A stretch of 64,000 bases of DNA from Mobula hypostoma. Lineage: Eukaryota. Both the position numbers and the translations under genes were made by a program. The stretch lies in assembly GCF_963921235.1 (NCBI RefSeq), contig NC_086109.1:2418001-2482000 (forward strand), given 5' to 3'. Shown one piece after another: positions 24,442 through 35,497 of the stretch (position 1 is the first letter of the stretch; every line of letters begins with the position of its first letter). The notes under the pieces are model-generated. The model ran no database searches and was not told where the DNA came from. It was given only the letters and a program-made list of their open reading frames with translations.

Positions 24442-24684
24442 CTGGGGAAGGAAGCATACCATGTCTCCTTGGATCAGTGGATATTCCGGGACTGGAGTGT
24501 GTCCTGGACAGGGATATCCATGTTTTAAAATGAGAACCATTCTCATGAAAGTCAGTGAACATATGTAAACTTTTTTTTTTGTAAAAGGGCGCAGATTACA
24601 CACAAAATAAAACTCCATCAGCACTATCTTATTGAACAGTCTGGGCAGCCTCTCTAAATTCCAATTGCTCCCTCTGACATTCAC

Positions 24685-24951
24685 CAGATTTGTTCTTTCC
24701 ACAGATGTCTCCCAGCCAGACCTCTGCCATTTCGTTACTGACGGGGTTCCGTGCCTCACACTCATACAGGACTTCTTTATCCCCTTTCGCCTCTCCATGC
24801 CGCTGGAGGTGATAGTGGCTGCCAGTTCCCACAACTTCTCCTCCCCTCCACCACCTGAAGGTGGAGTTGCCTGAATCTTCAGAGCAGATCAAGGTGATAT
24901 TGCAAGTCTTGGCGATGTACTGAACCATGATGACTGTACCTGACACAGGAC
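24685..24951 (-). CDS. Internal exon encoding a CD2/SLAM-type IgC2 domain (89 codons)
   Basis: Acceptor TTTTTCTGTCTCGACCTCAG|GT and donor G|GTGAAT, phase 1/1. PVSGTVI..TCNITLICS..FRWWR..YECEARNPVS..DIC has the four-Cys pattern and NPVS motif typical of CD2/SLAM C2 domains. Sequons NIT, NST, NKS. Confidence 0.9.
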
Positions 24952-25689
24952 CTGAGGTCGAGACAGAAAAAGAAAGGTGAATTAAGAAGATCCTTATCGA
25001 CACCTTAATCCCCAACTCCCGCATTCCATCCCAACAGAAACACATGAAATTTAAACCAGTCCCAACTCATTTCCAACCCAACAGTTTAACTCTTCTCTCA
25101 CCCTTCAGTTCAGCCAGTTACTGCTGCAGGAAGTTCCCACAAGTGCTGCACCCTCTTTCACAAGAGTTACTCATAAAGCTGCGTCATGTCTTGCTGATGT
25201 CTGTGTGTTCCAGGAATTCATTCCAGCTCCATTTCTTTGTTCAGTAGAAACTTTATGTTTGACCATTCAGCCCCTTCCTGTCTGCTGCCCCATTCATGGC
25301 TGATTGCCCTCCACCTCGTTTTCCTGCACCAAACTCACATCCTTTAATTCCCTTGACATCCAAAAACCATCCACATCTACGTTGAATACCCCATGTGACT
25401 GAACTTCTGTAGTGCTGTTTAGTAAAGAGCTGTGAAAATTCACTAGCCTCTGGGTGTGATTTCTCCCGTGTATTACATCCTCTCTTAGTCTGGAGCAGCT
25501 GAGCTCATATTCTATCACTCCAGCCAGGGCTCCATCCTGCAGAACCCGATGAGGTGTTTGGATGTTTCAGTGTGATCACCTCTCATCCCCTCATTTGGCA
25601 GTAGGCACCACCATAGTCGGCCAAATCTCAAATAATGATGAGTCAGAGCCGAGGAGTGAGGTAAAGAGCCTAGTGATGTGTTGCCATGA

Positions 25690-26400
25690 CAGCCATCTTT
25701 CTCAATGTCAGTAAAACAAGAGTTGGTCATTGACTTCAAAATGTTGGGAGTGGGTGGTGTGGAGAGTGAGGGTAGACAATCCTTAACCACAACACTGTCG
25801 AAGCTGAGAAGGCTGCAGTTCGCAGGACTGAACATCACTGATAGACAGTCTTGGTCAAACTCAATAAAGGTTCAAAGCTTCATAAGTATGTGTGTACAAT
25901 ACAACTCTGATATGTCTCTACTTCAGATAGCCACTAAACACAGAAAGAAATGGTGTTGCTGAATGAAAAGCCATTAACTCTTCCCCGACACAAAAAAAGA
26001 GAAGAAACAGAAGTCACAGTCCCCAAAATCCCCCCTTTCCCACAGCAAAAAAAAAGTGACAATAACCACCCCCAACACCCCTCACTCACAGAAAAGACCA
26101 GCCACAATAACAGTCCCCGACCCTCTCACTCGCAAAAATTAACTTCCACAATAACAGTCCCTGGCCCCCTCACTCGCAGAAAAGAACAGCACTTCAACAC
26201 ACTAAAAACCATTGGCATGTCCCCTTTAACCCTCACCAGCTTTTGTAGATGCACCATAGAAAGCATCATGGGTGCATCACACTTGTTATGGCAACTGTTT
26301 TGTATGTGACTGTAAGAAACTGCAGAGAGTTGTGAACACAACTAAGTATATCATGGAAACCAGCCTCCTATCCATGTACACTTGTCCGCAATTCACTTAC
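25690..26400 (+). mobile_element. Rex1/Babar-type LINE fragments with an inserted short tandem repeat (26040-26190)
   Basis: NVSKTRVGH.LQ and LTSFCRCTIESI..KKLQRVVNTTKYIMETSL motifs. Confidence 0.55.
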
Positions 26401-26439
26401 AACATAGAAAAGACACCATCCCAGAGTTCAGAACAGTCA

Positions 26440-27480
26440 TCAAGTCATAGAAAATTACAGCACAGTAACAGATCTTTGGTCCTTCTGCTCCATGCCAAAA
26501 TCATTTAAACTGTCTGCTCCAATCGACCAGCGCCAGGAGCATAGCTCTCCATACAGTACCATCCATGTACCTGTCCAAACTTCTCTTAACTGTTGAAATT
26601 GAGCTTGCACTTCTGGTGACAGCTCATTTCATATTCTCATGACACTCTGTGAAGAATTTTTCCCTCATGTTCCCCCTAAACTTTTCACCTTTCACCCTTA
26701 ACCTATGACCTCTGTTTGTAGTCCTACGCAACTGCAGTGAAAAAACACCTGTTTGCATTTACTCTATTTATACCCTCATAATTTTGTATACCTCAATCAA
26801 GTGTCCCCTCAGTCTTTTACATTCCAAGGAATAATGTCCTAACCTATTCAATCTTTCCTTATAACTCATGTCTTCCAGACCCGGCAACAACCTTGTAAAT
26901 TTTCTCTGCACTCTTTCAACCTTATTTACATCTTTCCTGTAGGCAGCTGACCAACACCGCACATAATATTCCAAAGTAGGTCTCATCAACATTTTATGCA
27001 ACTTCAACTAACATGCCAACTCCTGTACTCAATACTTTGATTTATGAAGGCTATTGTTCCAAAATTCTTCTTTACGACCCTATCTACCTCTGACACCACT
27101 TCCGATGAGTTATAGACCTGTGTTACTATATCCCTTCGTTCTACCACAGTCCTCAGTGGCATACCATTCACAGTGTAAGATCTATCTTGGTTGGTCCTAT
27201 CAAAGTAAAACATGTCACACTTATTGGCATTAAATTCCATGTGCCATTTTTCAGTCCATTTTCAGCTGGTCCAGACCCTGCTGCAAGATCTGATGGTCTT
27301 CCTTGCTGTCTACTATATCCCTAATCTTGATGTCATCTGCAAATTTGCTGACCCAGTTAACCACATTATCGTCCGGGTCGTTGATATAGATGACAAACAA
27401 CAATGGACCAAGCACAAATCCCTGCAGCATTTGCCTTGTCACAGACATCCAGTCAGAGAGGCAGCAATAGCTGAATAATT
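26440..27480 (-). mobile_element. 5'-truncated degenerate CR1
   Basis: QGFVLGPLLFVIYIND..VSKFADD, EFNANKC, RPTLEYYVRCWS..RKDVNKVERVQR. Confidence 0.85.
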
Positions 27481-29412
27481 CAGCCAAAACAATCTATGAC
27501 CTCTGACATCCTCTGGGAGAACAGGGAAAGGCAGAGCTACGGAATATCAGCAGCCGTCTGGATGATGTAGATGGAGCAGCCAGCAGGATCTATGAATGGA
27601 GCTGATCAAGCCATTGAAAACATTGGAGTCTCACTGTCAGTAATTGTATTGTTAAGTGTCGACTCTGTTTCTCCATGATACTAAATAAACTCCCTGTCTT
27701 CATTACAGAGCTTGGGTCCATGCTCTTCAGGTCAGAATTAATTGGGAGTTCTTGGTGAGACTATTTTGGTGTCCTGTGTCTCACTGAAGTTGTTACAGAT
27801 GAAGAGGGCTGAATGCCCTTAGTTGGTAAAGTTACCAAGTGACAGCAATGATCATGGAGACTGGGAGCAGGTGTGAAATAGTCAAGGACAGGACCTGCCT
27901 GGAGTGAATCAACAGTCGGGGGGGCTACAAGGATGCGCCACCTCGTGGGGTAGAGGGTGGAATCTAGAGTGAGGACACAGCATCAGAATAAGTGTCTGCC
28001 CATTTCACACAGAGACGAGGAGTTGGGGGTGTGGGGAACAGGCAGGAAAGTGGACCCAAGGCTGCCAAACCAACCCTGACAGTACTAGGCTTGGGGGCGG
28101 ATTGGTCTACTCCCCCTATTTCTCATTTTCTAATGTTATCCCTCCAATGGGAACCATTTAACCCTGGGATGGAAGAGAGAACATTTCTCAGCCAAACTTC
28201 AGACGGATGTTGCTGGGTGAGATTATTTTCAATGGTTCATTGGTTCAATTTAATATCAGAGAATGTATACAGTATCCAACCTGAAATTCTCACACTTCAC
28301 AGACATCCACGAAACAGAGGAAAACCCCAAAGAATGACTGACAGAAAAATGTTGGAACCACAAAGTCCCCCCACGCCCCTCTCACGCACAAGTGGCAGCA
28401 AAGCATGATCCTTCCCCACTTCCCGTTTCACCCACATTCCAGCAGGAAGCATCAGCCCCACACCACCTTCAGGCAAGCGATAGCAAACCCCCAAAGAGAC
28501 CATGATCGAGGTCCATCAAAAACTATAGTCCACAAACCAGCACTTCAACATGCCACAGGGAGAGAGAGATGTCGTCCCTTCCACAGCGAGAGAGGAGACC
28601 AACAAACAGATCACTGTTTTGATATTGCAGTCTGTAGTCTACTTTGAATGTAATGTTATTGCTAGAGTGAGTCAGGAACCATATTGATGTGTGTGAGTGT
28701 GCTGTTGTGTCCGTGTACCGTGTCACTCACTAGGACACTATATTCAGTGTAATGAGTACACAAGGTATCACTCAGCACAGCACAGCATGAAGGCTGAGGA
28801 ATAAACACTTTGCTGAGCTCAGTCTGGGCAATTAACAAGCAATGCCCTGGGAAACTGATGGGATAACTTGAATCCCTGAACATGACAGACCAGATCTTTA
28901 ACTGGGGATACAGTGACCCACAGACCACTCACCCCCTTTACAGACCCTCCCACCTTATGGGTCCATTGTTCAGCTCAGGTTCCCATGGGTCAAGCAGAGA
29001 AACATCAATGGAAAGAGGCCATTCAGCCCAACTCAACAATCTCTGTGCTGTTCTAAGCTAGTCCCATTTGCCTCCAGACCTTTCATCCATGAACCTGGCC
29101 AAATGCTGTTTAAACACTCACCCTGTAACCACATCTTCCATAGTCCACCCGAGTGCTGATCTCCTCTGGACTCAGAGTAATGAGAGTCATCATTACTTCT
29201 TCTCGGGCTCTGACTCAGTCTCAGGGGATGTGGTAAATGTGTTCCCCAGACTGTCTCAATCCCACTACACTGGGACCATGAGCCCAGCTCTGGACACGGG
29301 CAGTCACTGGGGTTCAGTAAACAGGGAAGCACACAGGATCTGCCCTCACCCATTAATTGGGGGTGTTTCAGGAACCGAAGAAACCCGAGCCCCTCCGCGG
29401 TGTCTCACTCAC

Positions 29413-29733
29413 CGTACACCTCCAGTCGCATTTTGTTCTGAGTCTGTGCTCCTGTACTTGCTGTAACAGACACCTCATAAACATCAGAGTCACTTTTCTG
29501 TAGATCACGGATTTCCAGACCGAAGTTCCTGGGATGAAGAGTTATCCGTCGCTTGTACTCCTCAGATCCGTAATAGTCACTGATCTTGTTTGAATATGAC
29601 ACAATCTTCGCTCTGGGTGAGAACCGTCTCCACACAAGCTGAGCAATGTCTTCTCCGACTGGGATCCCAGGAAGTAAGGAGACCGAGCGTCCCAGAGCTC
29701 CGTTCACAGTGGTAGAGGAATCCCCAGTCCCAG
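29413..29733 (-). CDS. Internal exon encoding a CD2/SLAM-type IgV domain (V1, 107 codons)
   Basis: Acceptor CTCTTGTCTCCTCAG|CT and donor G|GTGAGT, phase 1/1, 321 nt. GTGDSSTTVNGALGRSVSL..LVWR..YKRRITLHPRNFGLEIRDLQKSDSDVYEV..LEVY. No Cys (CD2/SLAM/CEACAM-type V). Confidence 0.9.
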
Positions 29734-30231
29734 CTGAGGAGACAAGAGGAGACAGTCAGCAGATGAGCTCAGTGACTGGAGGATGAATCAGACTGGGAGA
29801 ATCAGAGTTACAAGAGCGGGTGATGGGTCTCATTGTTTGTCTCCCGGCCCTGTGAGAGAAGCAGCCCACCATTCCAACAGTACACGGTAAGCTCAAGAGA
29901 GGAACAGAGTGAAGACTCTTTGCACCCGGTCCAGAGGATGGAAGTTGCAGCCTGCAGCCAGATATCAAAGGCAGGTCAGAGGGGCACAGGTATGAAAAAT
30001 GAGACCCATTCGGGAGAAGGGTTGGGTGAGGTGCTTGGGGAGGTGAACGTGTTGAGGGAACATGTGATAAATGGAAGTTCGTGAGTGCTGTGAGGGACAG
30101 AGGGAGCTCGGAGTGGGGCCTTGCCGGGCACATCCACAGATCCCTGAAGGAGGAGTGAGGGAGAAGATGAGGCCGTTTGTTGCTCCTGGCCGAGGTTTTG
30201 TGAACAGGTTGCGGGGGGAGCTGATAATCAC

Positions 30232-30322
30232 TGCAGTGCGGGTGGAGAGAAAGCAGGAGAATTCGGCAGTATGATGAGTTGAGAAATATTTCCTCTGATA
30301 CAGAAGCAGGAGGCAACCTCAT
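30232..30322 (-). CDS. Candidate leader exon for the V1 unit
   Basis: ATG at 30322, MRLPPASVSEEIFLNSSYCRILLLSLHPHC, phase-1 but weak donor A|GTGATT. Positionally homologous to 22523-22619. Confidence 0.25.
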
Positions 30323-30422
30323 GTAACCACCGTTCAATATCACAGCTCATTGACCTGTTGCTAAACTGGAACTCAGGCTGAGCCGTTTCTCACTCCACTT
30401 ACTGTGTGTACTGGAGACTAAA

Positions 30423-33400
30423 GTCAATCTCTGCCTTCCCCACCGCTGTGCTGGTATCCAGTGTCACCCTCTGCTTCCCCACTGCTGTGCTGGTATCCAG
30501 TGTCACCCTCTGCTTCCCCACTGCTGTGCTGGTATCCAGTGTCACCCTCTGCTTCCCCACTGCTGTGCTGGTATCCAGTGTCACCCTCTGCTTCCCCACT
30601 GCTGTGCTGGTATCCAGTGTCACCCTCTGCTTCCCCACTGCTGTGCTGGTATCCAGTGTCAATCTCTGCTTCCCCACTGCTGTGCTGGTATCCAGTGTCA
30701 ATCTCTGCTTCCCCACCGCTGTGCTGGTATCCAGTGTCACCCTCTGCTTCCCCACTGCTGTGCTGGTATCCAGCGTCACCCTCTGCTTCCCCACTGCTGT
30801 GCTGGTATCCAGTGTCACCCTCTGCTTCCCCACCGCTGTGCTGGTATCCAGTGTCAATCTCTGCTTCCCCACTGCTGTGCTGGTATCCAGTGTCACCCTC
30901 TGCTTCCCCACTGCTGTGCTGGTATCCAGTGTCACCCTCTGCTTCCCCACCGCTGTGCTGGTATCCAGTGTCACCCTCTGCTTCCCCACCGCTGTGCTGG
31001 TATCCAGTGTCACCCTCTGCTTCCCCACTGCTGTGCTGGTATCCAGTGTCAATCTCTGCTTCCCCACTGCTGTGCTGGTATCCAGTGTCAATCTCTGCTT
31101 CCCCACTGCTGTGCTGGTATCCAGTGTCAATCTCTGCTTCCCCACTGCTGTGCTGGTATCCAGCGTCACCCTCTGCTTCCCCACTGCTGTGCTGGTATCC
31201 AGTGTCACCCTCTGCTTCCCCACTGCTGTGCTGGTATCCAGTGTCACCCTCTGCTTCCCCACCGCTGTGCTGGTATCCAGTGTCACCCTCTGCTTCCCCA
31301 CCGCTGTGCTGGTATCCAGCGTCACCCTCTGCTTCCCCACTGCTGTGCTGGTATCCAGTGTCACCCTCTGCTTCCCCACTGCTGTGCTGGTATCCAGTGT
31401 CAATCTCTGCTTCCCCACTGCTGTGCTGGTATCCAGTGTCAATCTCTGCTTCCCCACTGCTGTGCTGGTATCCAGTGTCAATCTCTGCTTCCCCACTGCT
31501 GTGCTGGTATCCAGTGTCAATCTCTGCTTCCCCACCGCTGTGATGGTATCCAGTGTCAATCTCTGCCTTCCCCACCGCTGTGCTGGTATCCAGTGTCAAT
31601 CTCTGCTTCCCCACTGCTGTGCTGGTATCCAGTGTCAATCTCTGCTTCCCCACTGCTGTGCTGGTATCCAGTGTCAATCTCTGCTTCCCCACTGCTGTGC
31701 TGGTATCCAGCGTCACCCTCTGCTTCCCCACTGCTGTGCTGGTATCCAGTGTCACCCTCTGCTTCCCCACTGCTGTGCTGGTATCCAGTGTCACCCTCTG
31801 CTTCCCCACTGCTGTGCTGGTATCCAGTGTCAATCTCTGCTTCCCCACTGCTGTGCTGGTATCCAGTGTCAATCTCTGCCTTCCCCACTGCTGTGCTGGT
31901 ATCCAGTGTCACCCTCTGCTTCCCCACTGCTGTGCTGGTATCCAGCGTCACCCTCTGCTTCCCCACTGCTGTGCTGGTATCCAGTGTCAATCTCTGCCTT
32001 CCCCACTGCTGTGCTGGTATCCAGTGTCAATCTCTGCCTTCCCCACCGCTGTGCTGGTATCCAGTGTCACCCTCTGCTTCCCCACTGCTGTGCTGGTATC
32101 CAGCGTCACCCTCTGCTTCCCCACTGCTGTGCTGGTATCCAGCGTCACCCTCTGCTTCCCCACTGCTGTGCTGGTATCCAGTGTCACCCTCTGCTTCCCC
32201 ACTGCTGTGCTGGTATCCAGTGTCAATCTCTGCTTCCCCACCGCTGTGCTGGTATCCAGTGTCAATCTCTGCCTTCCCCACCGCTGTGCTGGTATCCAGT
32301 GTCAATCTCTGCTTCCCCACCGCTGTGCTGGTATCCAGTGTCACCCTCTGCTTCCCCACCGCTGTGCTGGTATCCAGTGTCAATCTCTGCCTTCCCCACC
32401 GCTGTGCTGGTATCCAGTGTCACCCTCTGCTTCCCCACTGCTGTGCTGGTATCCAGTGTCACCCTCTGCTTCCCCACTGCTGTGCTGGTATCCAGTGTCA
32501 ATCTCTGCTTCCCCACTGCTGTGCTGGTATCCAGCGTCACCCTCTGCTTCCCCACCGCTGTGCTGGTATCCAGCGTCACCCTCTGCTTCCCCACTGCTGT
32601 GCTGGTATCCAGTGTCACCCTCTGCTTCCCCACCGCTGTGCTGGTATCCAGTGTCACCCTCTGCTTCCCCACTGCTGTGCTGGTATCCAGTGTCACCCTC
32701 TGCTTCCCCACCGCTGTGCTGGTATCCAGCGTCACCCTCTGCTTCCCCACTGCTGTGCTGGTATCCAGCGTCACCCTCTGCTTCCCCACTGCTGTGCTGG
32801 TATCCAGTGTCACCCTCTGCTTCCCCACTGCTGTGCTGGTATCCAGTGTCAATCTCTGCCTTCCCCACTGCTGTGCTGGTATCCAGTGTCAATCTCTGCC
32901 TTCCCCACCGCTGTGCTGGTATCCAGTGTCAATCTCTGCCTTCCCCACTGCTGTGCTGGTATCCAGTGTCAATCTCTGCCTTCCCCACCGCTGTGCTGGT
33001 ATCCAGTGTCAATCTCTGCTTCCCCACCGCTGTGCTGGTATCCAGTGTCACCCTCTGCTTCCCCACTGCTGTGCTGGTATCCAGTGTCACCCTCTGCTTC
33101 CCCACTGCTGTGCTGGTATCCAGTGTCAATCTCTGCCTTCCCCACTGCTGTGCTGGTATCCAGTGTCACCCTCTGCTTCCCCACCGCTGTGCTGGTATCC
33201 AGTGTCACCCTCTGCTTCCCCACTGCTGTGCTGGTATCCAGTGTCAATCTCTGCCTTCCCCACTGCTGTGCTGGTATCCAGTGTCAATCTCTGCCTTCCC
33301 CACTGCTGTGCTGGTATCCAGTGTCAATCTCTGCCTTCCCCACCGCTGTGCTGGTATCCAGTGTCACCCTCTGCTTCCCCACTGCTGTGCTGGTATCCAG

Positions 33401-34670
33401 TGTCACCCTCTGCTTCCCCACTGCTGTGCTGGTATCCAGTGTCAATCTCTGCTTCCCCACCGCTGTGCTGGTATCCAGTGTCACCCTCTGCTTCCCCACT
33501 GCTGTGCTGGTATCCAGTGTCACCCTCTGCTTCCCCACTGCTGTGCTGGTATCCAGTGTCAATCTCTGCCTTCCCCACTGCTGTGCTGGTATCCAGTGTC
33601 ACCCTCTGCTTCCCCACCGCTGTGCTGGTATCCAGTGTCACCCTCTGCTTCCCCACTGCTGTGCTGGTATCCAGTGTCAATCTCTGCTTCCCCACTGCTG
33701 TGCTGGTATCCAGTGTCACCCTCTGCTTCCCCACTGCTGTGCTGGTATCCAGCGTCACCCTCTGCTTCCCCACTGCTGTGCTGGTATCCAGCGTCACCCT
33801 CTGCTTCCCCACTGCTGTGCTGGTATCCAGTGTCACCCTCTGCTTCCCCACTGCTGTGCTGGTATCCAGTGTCAATCTCTGCTTCCCCACCGCTGTGCTG
33901 GTATCCAGTGTCACCCTCTGCTTCCCCACTGCTGTGCTGGTATCCAGTGTCACCCTCTGCTTCCCCACTGCTGTGCTGGTATCCAGTGTCAATCTCTGCC
34001 TTCCCCACTGCTGTGCTGGTATCCAGTGTCACCCTCTGCTTCCCCACCGCTGTGCTGGTATCCAGTGTCACCCTCTGCTTCCCCACTGCTGTGCTGGTAT
34101 CCAGTGTCAATCTCTGCTTCCCCACTGCTGTGCTGGTATCCAGTGTCACCCTCTGCTTCCCCACTGCTGTGCTGGTATCCAGCGTCACCCTCTGCTTCCC
34201 CACCGCTGTGCTGGTATCCAGTGTCACCCTCTGCTTCCCCACTGCTGTGCTGGTATCCAGTGTCACCCTCTGCTTCCCCACTGCTGTGCTGGTATCCAGT
34301 GTCACCCTCTGCTTCCCCACTGCTGTGCTGGTATCCAGTGTCAATCTCTGCTTCCCCACTGCTGTGCTGGTATCCAGTGTCAATCTCTGCTTCCCCACCG
34401 CTGTGCTGGTATCCAGTGTCAATCTCTGCTTCCCCACTGCTGTGCTGGTATCCAGTGTCAATCTCTGCTTCCCCACTGCTGTGCTGGTATCCAGTGTCAC
34501 CCTCTGCTTCCCCACTGCTGTGCTGGTATCCAGTGTCACCCTCTGCTTCCCCACTGCTGTGCTGGTATCCAGTGTCAATCTCTGCTTCCCCACTGCTGTG
34601 CTGGTATCCAGTGTCAATCTCTGCTTCCCCACTGCTGTGCTGGAATCCAAGGTCAATCTCTGCCTTTCTC
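30423..34670. repeat. 39/40-bp minisatellite (VNTR), about 108 units by length
   Basis: Unit CACTGCTGTGCTGGTATCCAGTGTCACCCTCTGCTTCCC. Variants CACC/CAAT, ACT/ACC, AGT/AGC, and a 40-bp form (CTGCCTT). No spacers. Confidence 0.98.
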
Positions 34671-34679
34671 ACTGTTCTG

Positions 34680-34821
34680 TTGGAATGATGTAAACAAGCT
34701 TGAAGGGGTACAAAGAAAACTGCTGGGTCCAGTGGACCTGAATTATCAGGAAACATTGAACAAGTTATGACTGTGTTCCTGAGAATGTAGAAGATTTAGA
34801 GCAGATTTGATGGAGGTATAA
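34680..34821 (+). mobile_element. CR1 RT C-terminal fragment abutting the minisatellite (resumes at ~35530-35880)
   Basis: NDVNKLEGVQRK..LNYQETLNKL, then EVYKIVRGIDRVNASRLFP..FTQRTVRVWNKL. Confidence 0.75.
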
Positions 34822-35497
34822 TGCTATGCCGTAGGTGTTTCATTTTAGCAATTCTGTAAGAGCAGTCTGTTGTGTTTGGGTTTGAACTAAATTAAAAGGT
34901 TTTCTATTCAACTTAGGAATGTGCTGTCAGCCAATCAGAATGGTTGGAATGGGAGAAGGTCTTTGTTGGTGGGAGCTGGGAGAAGACAGGGGGAAAAGAT
35001 GGCTGAGGATACCATTCCTATTGCAGAAGGTGCTTTGTGCAGATAAACGGCATCAAGAGGAAAACCCAATACTCCCTTGGGAGAGCCATTTGTTTCAGAT
35101 GGATTTTGAGTGACGTTCAGAAGGTGCTTTGTGCTTTTACTCAGACCGAGGGACCAGCATGTCAGTGAGAGAAGAGTTCAAGATGATCTCCAACTTAAGT
35201 GCACATTTGAATATTTAAGAGTAATGGCCTTTTTTTGTTTGTTTCTTTCATTTAATAACTGTTTGTTTAAATTAACATTCTTAAATATACTTATTTTTAA
35301 TAGTATGCACTGTACGATCTGTTATCCCTTGCCGGGGGCAGTAAATCACACAGCATTCACCCAAGCCAGGTTTCGGGTGGGCGAGACATCCTAAGCTCAC
35401 AGATTTGGCAGGACACAAGTTGTGTGCACCCTAAATGTACGAAGCCAGAGAAAGGTGGGTTTATCAGAATTTAGTGGCTGTTAGTGAGGGGCTAACA
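34822..35497 (+). mobile_element. Possible solo LTR inserted in the CR1
   Basis: Interrupts the CR1 at GAGGTATA. Ends GGGGCTAACA and has a CCAAT motif. TSD not resolved. Confidence 0.35.

Noticed and set aside
21784-30343. Shared peptide ISGC(R/K)LQLPSSGPGA(K/R)SLHS in ORFs 21784-22371 and 29756-30343
   Set aside because: It reflects the duplicated non-coding block. No flanking splice sites or domain signature, and other frames are equally similar.
30423-34670. CRISPR-like array
   Set aside because: Units are directly adjacent with no unique spacers, the DNA is eukaryotic and there are no cas genes.
30423-34670. RAG recombination signal heptamers (CACAGCG/CACAGCA on minus)
   Set aside because: No ACAAAAACC-like nonamer at 12- or 23-bp spacing.
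30399-34770. Very long ORFs (up to 1454 aa) on both strands
   Set aside because: The 39-bp unit is a multiple of 3 and stop-free in five of six frames. 40-bp units shift the frame repeatedly, so these are repeat artefacts, not a mucin-like gene.
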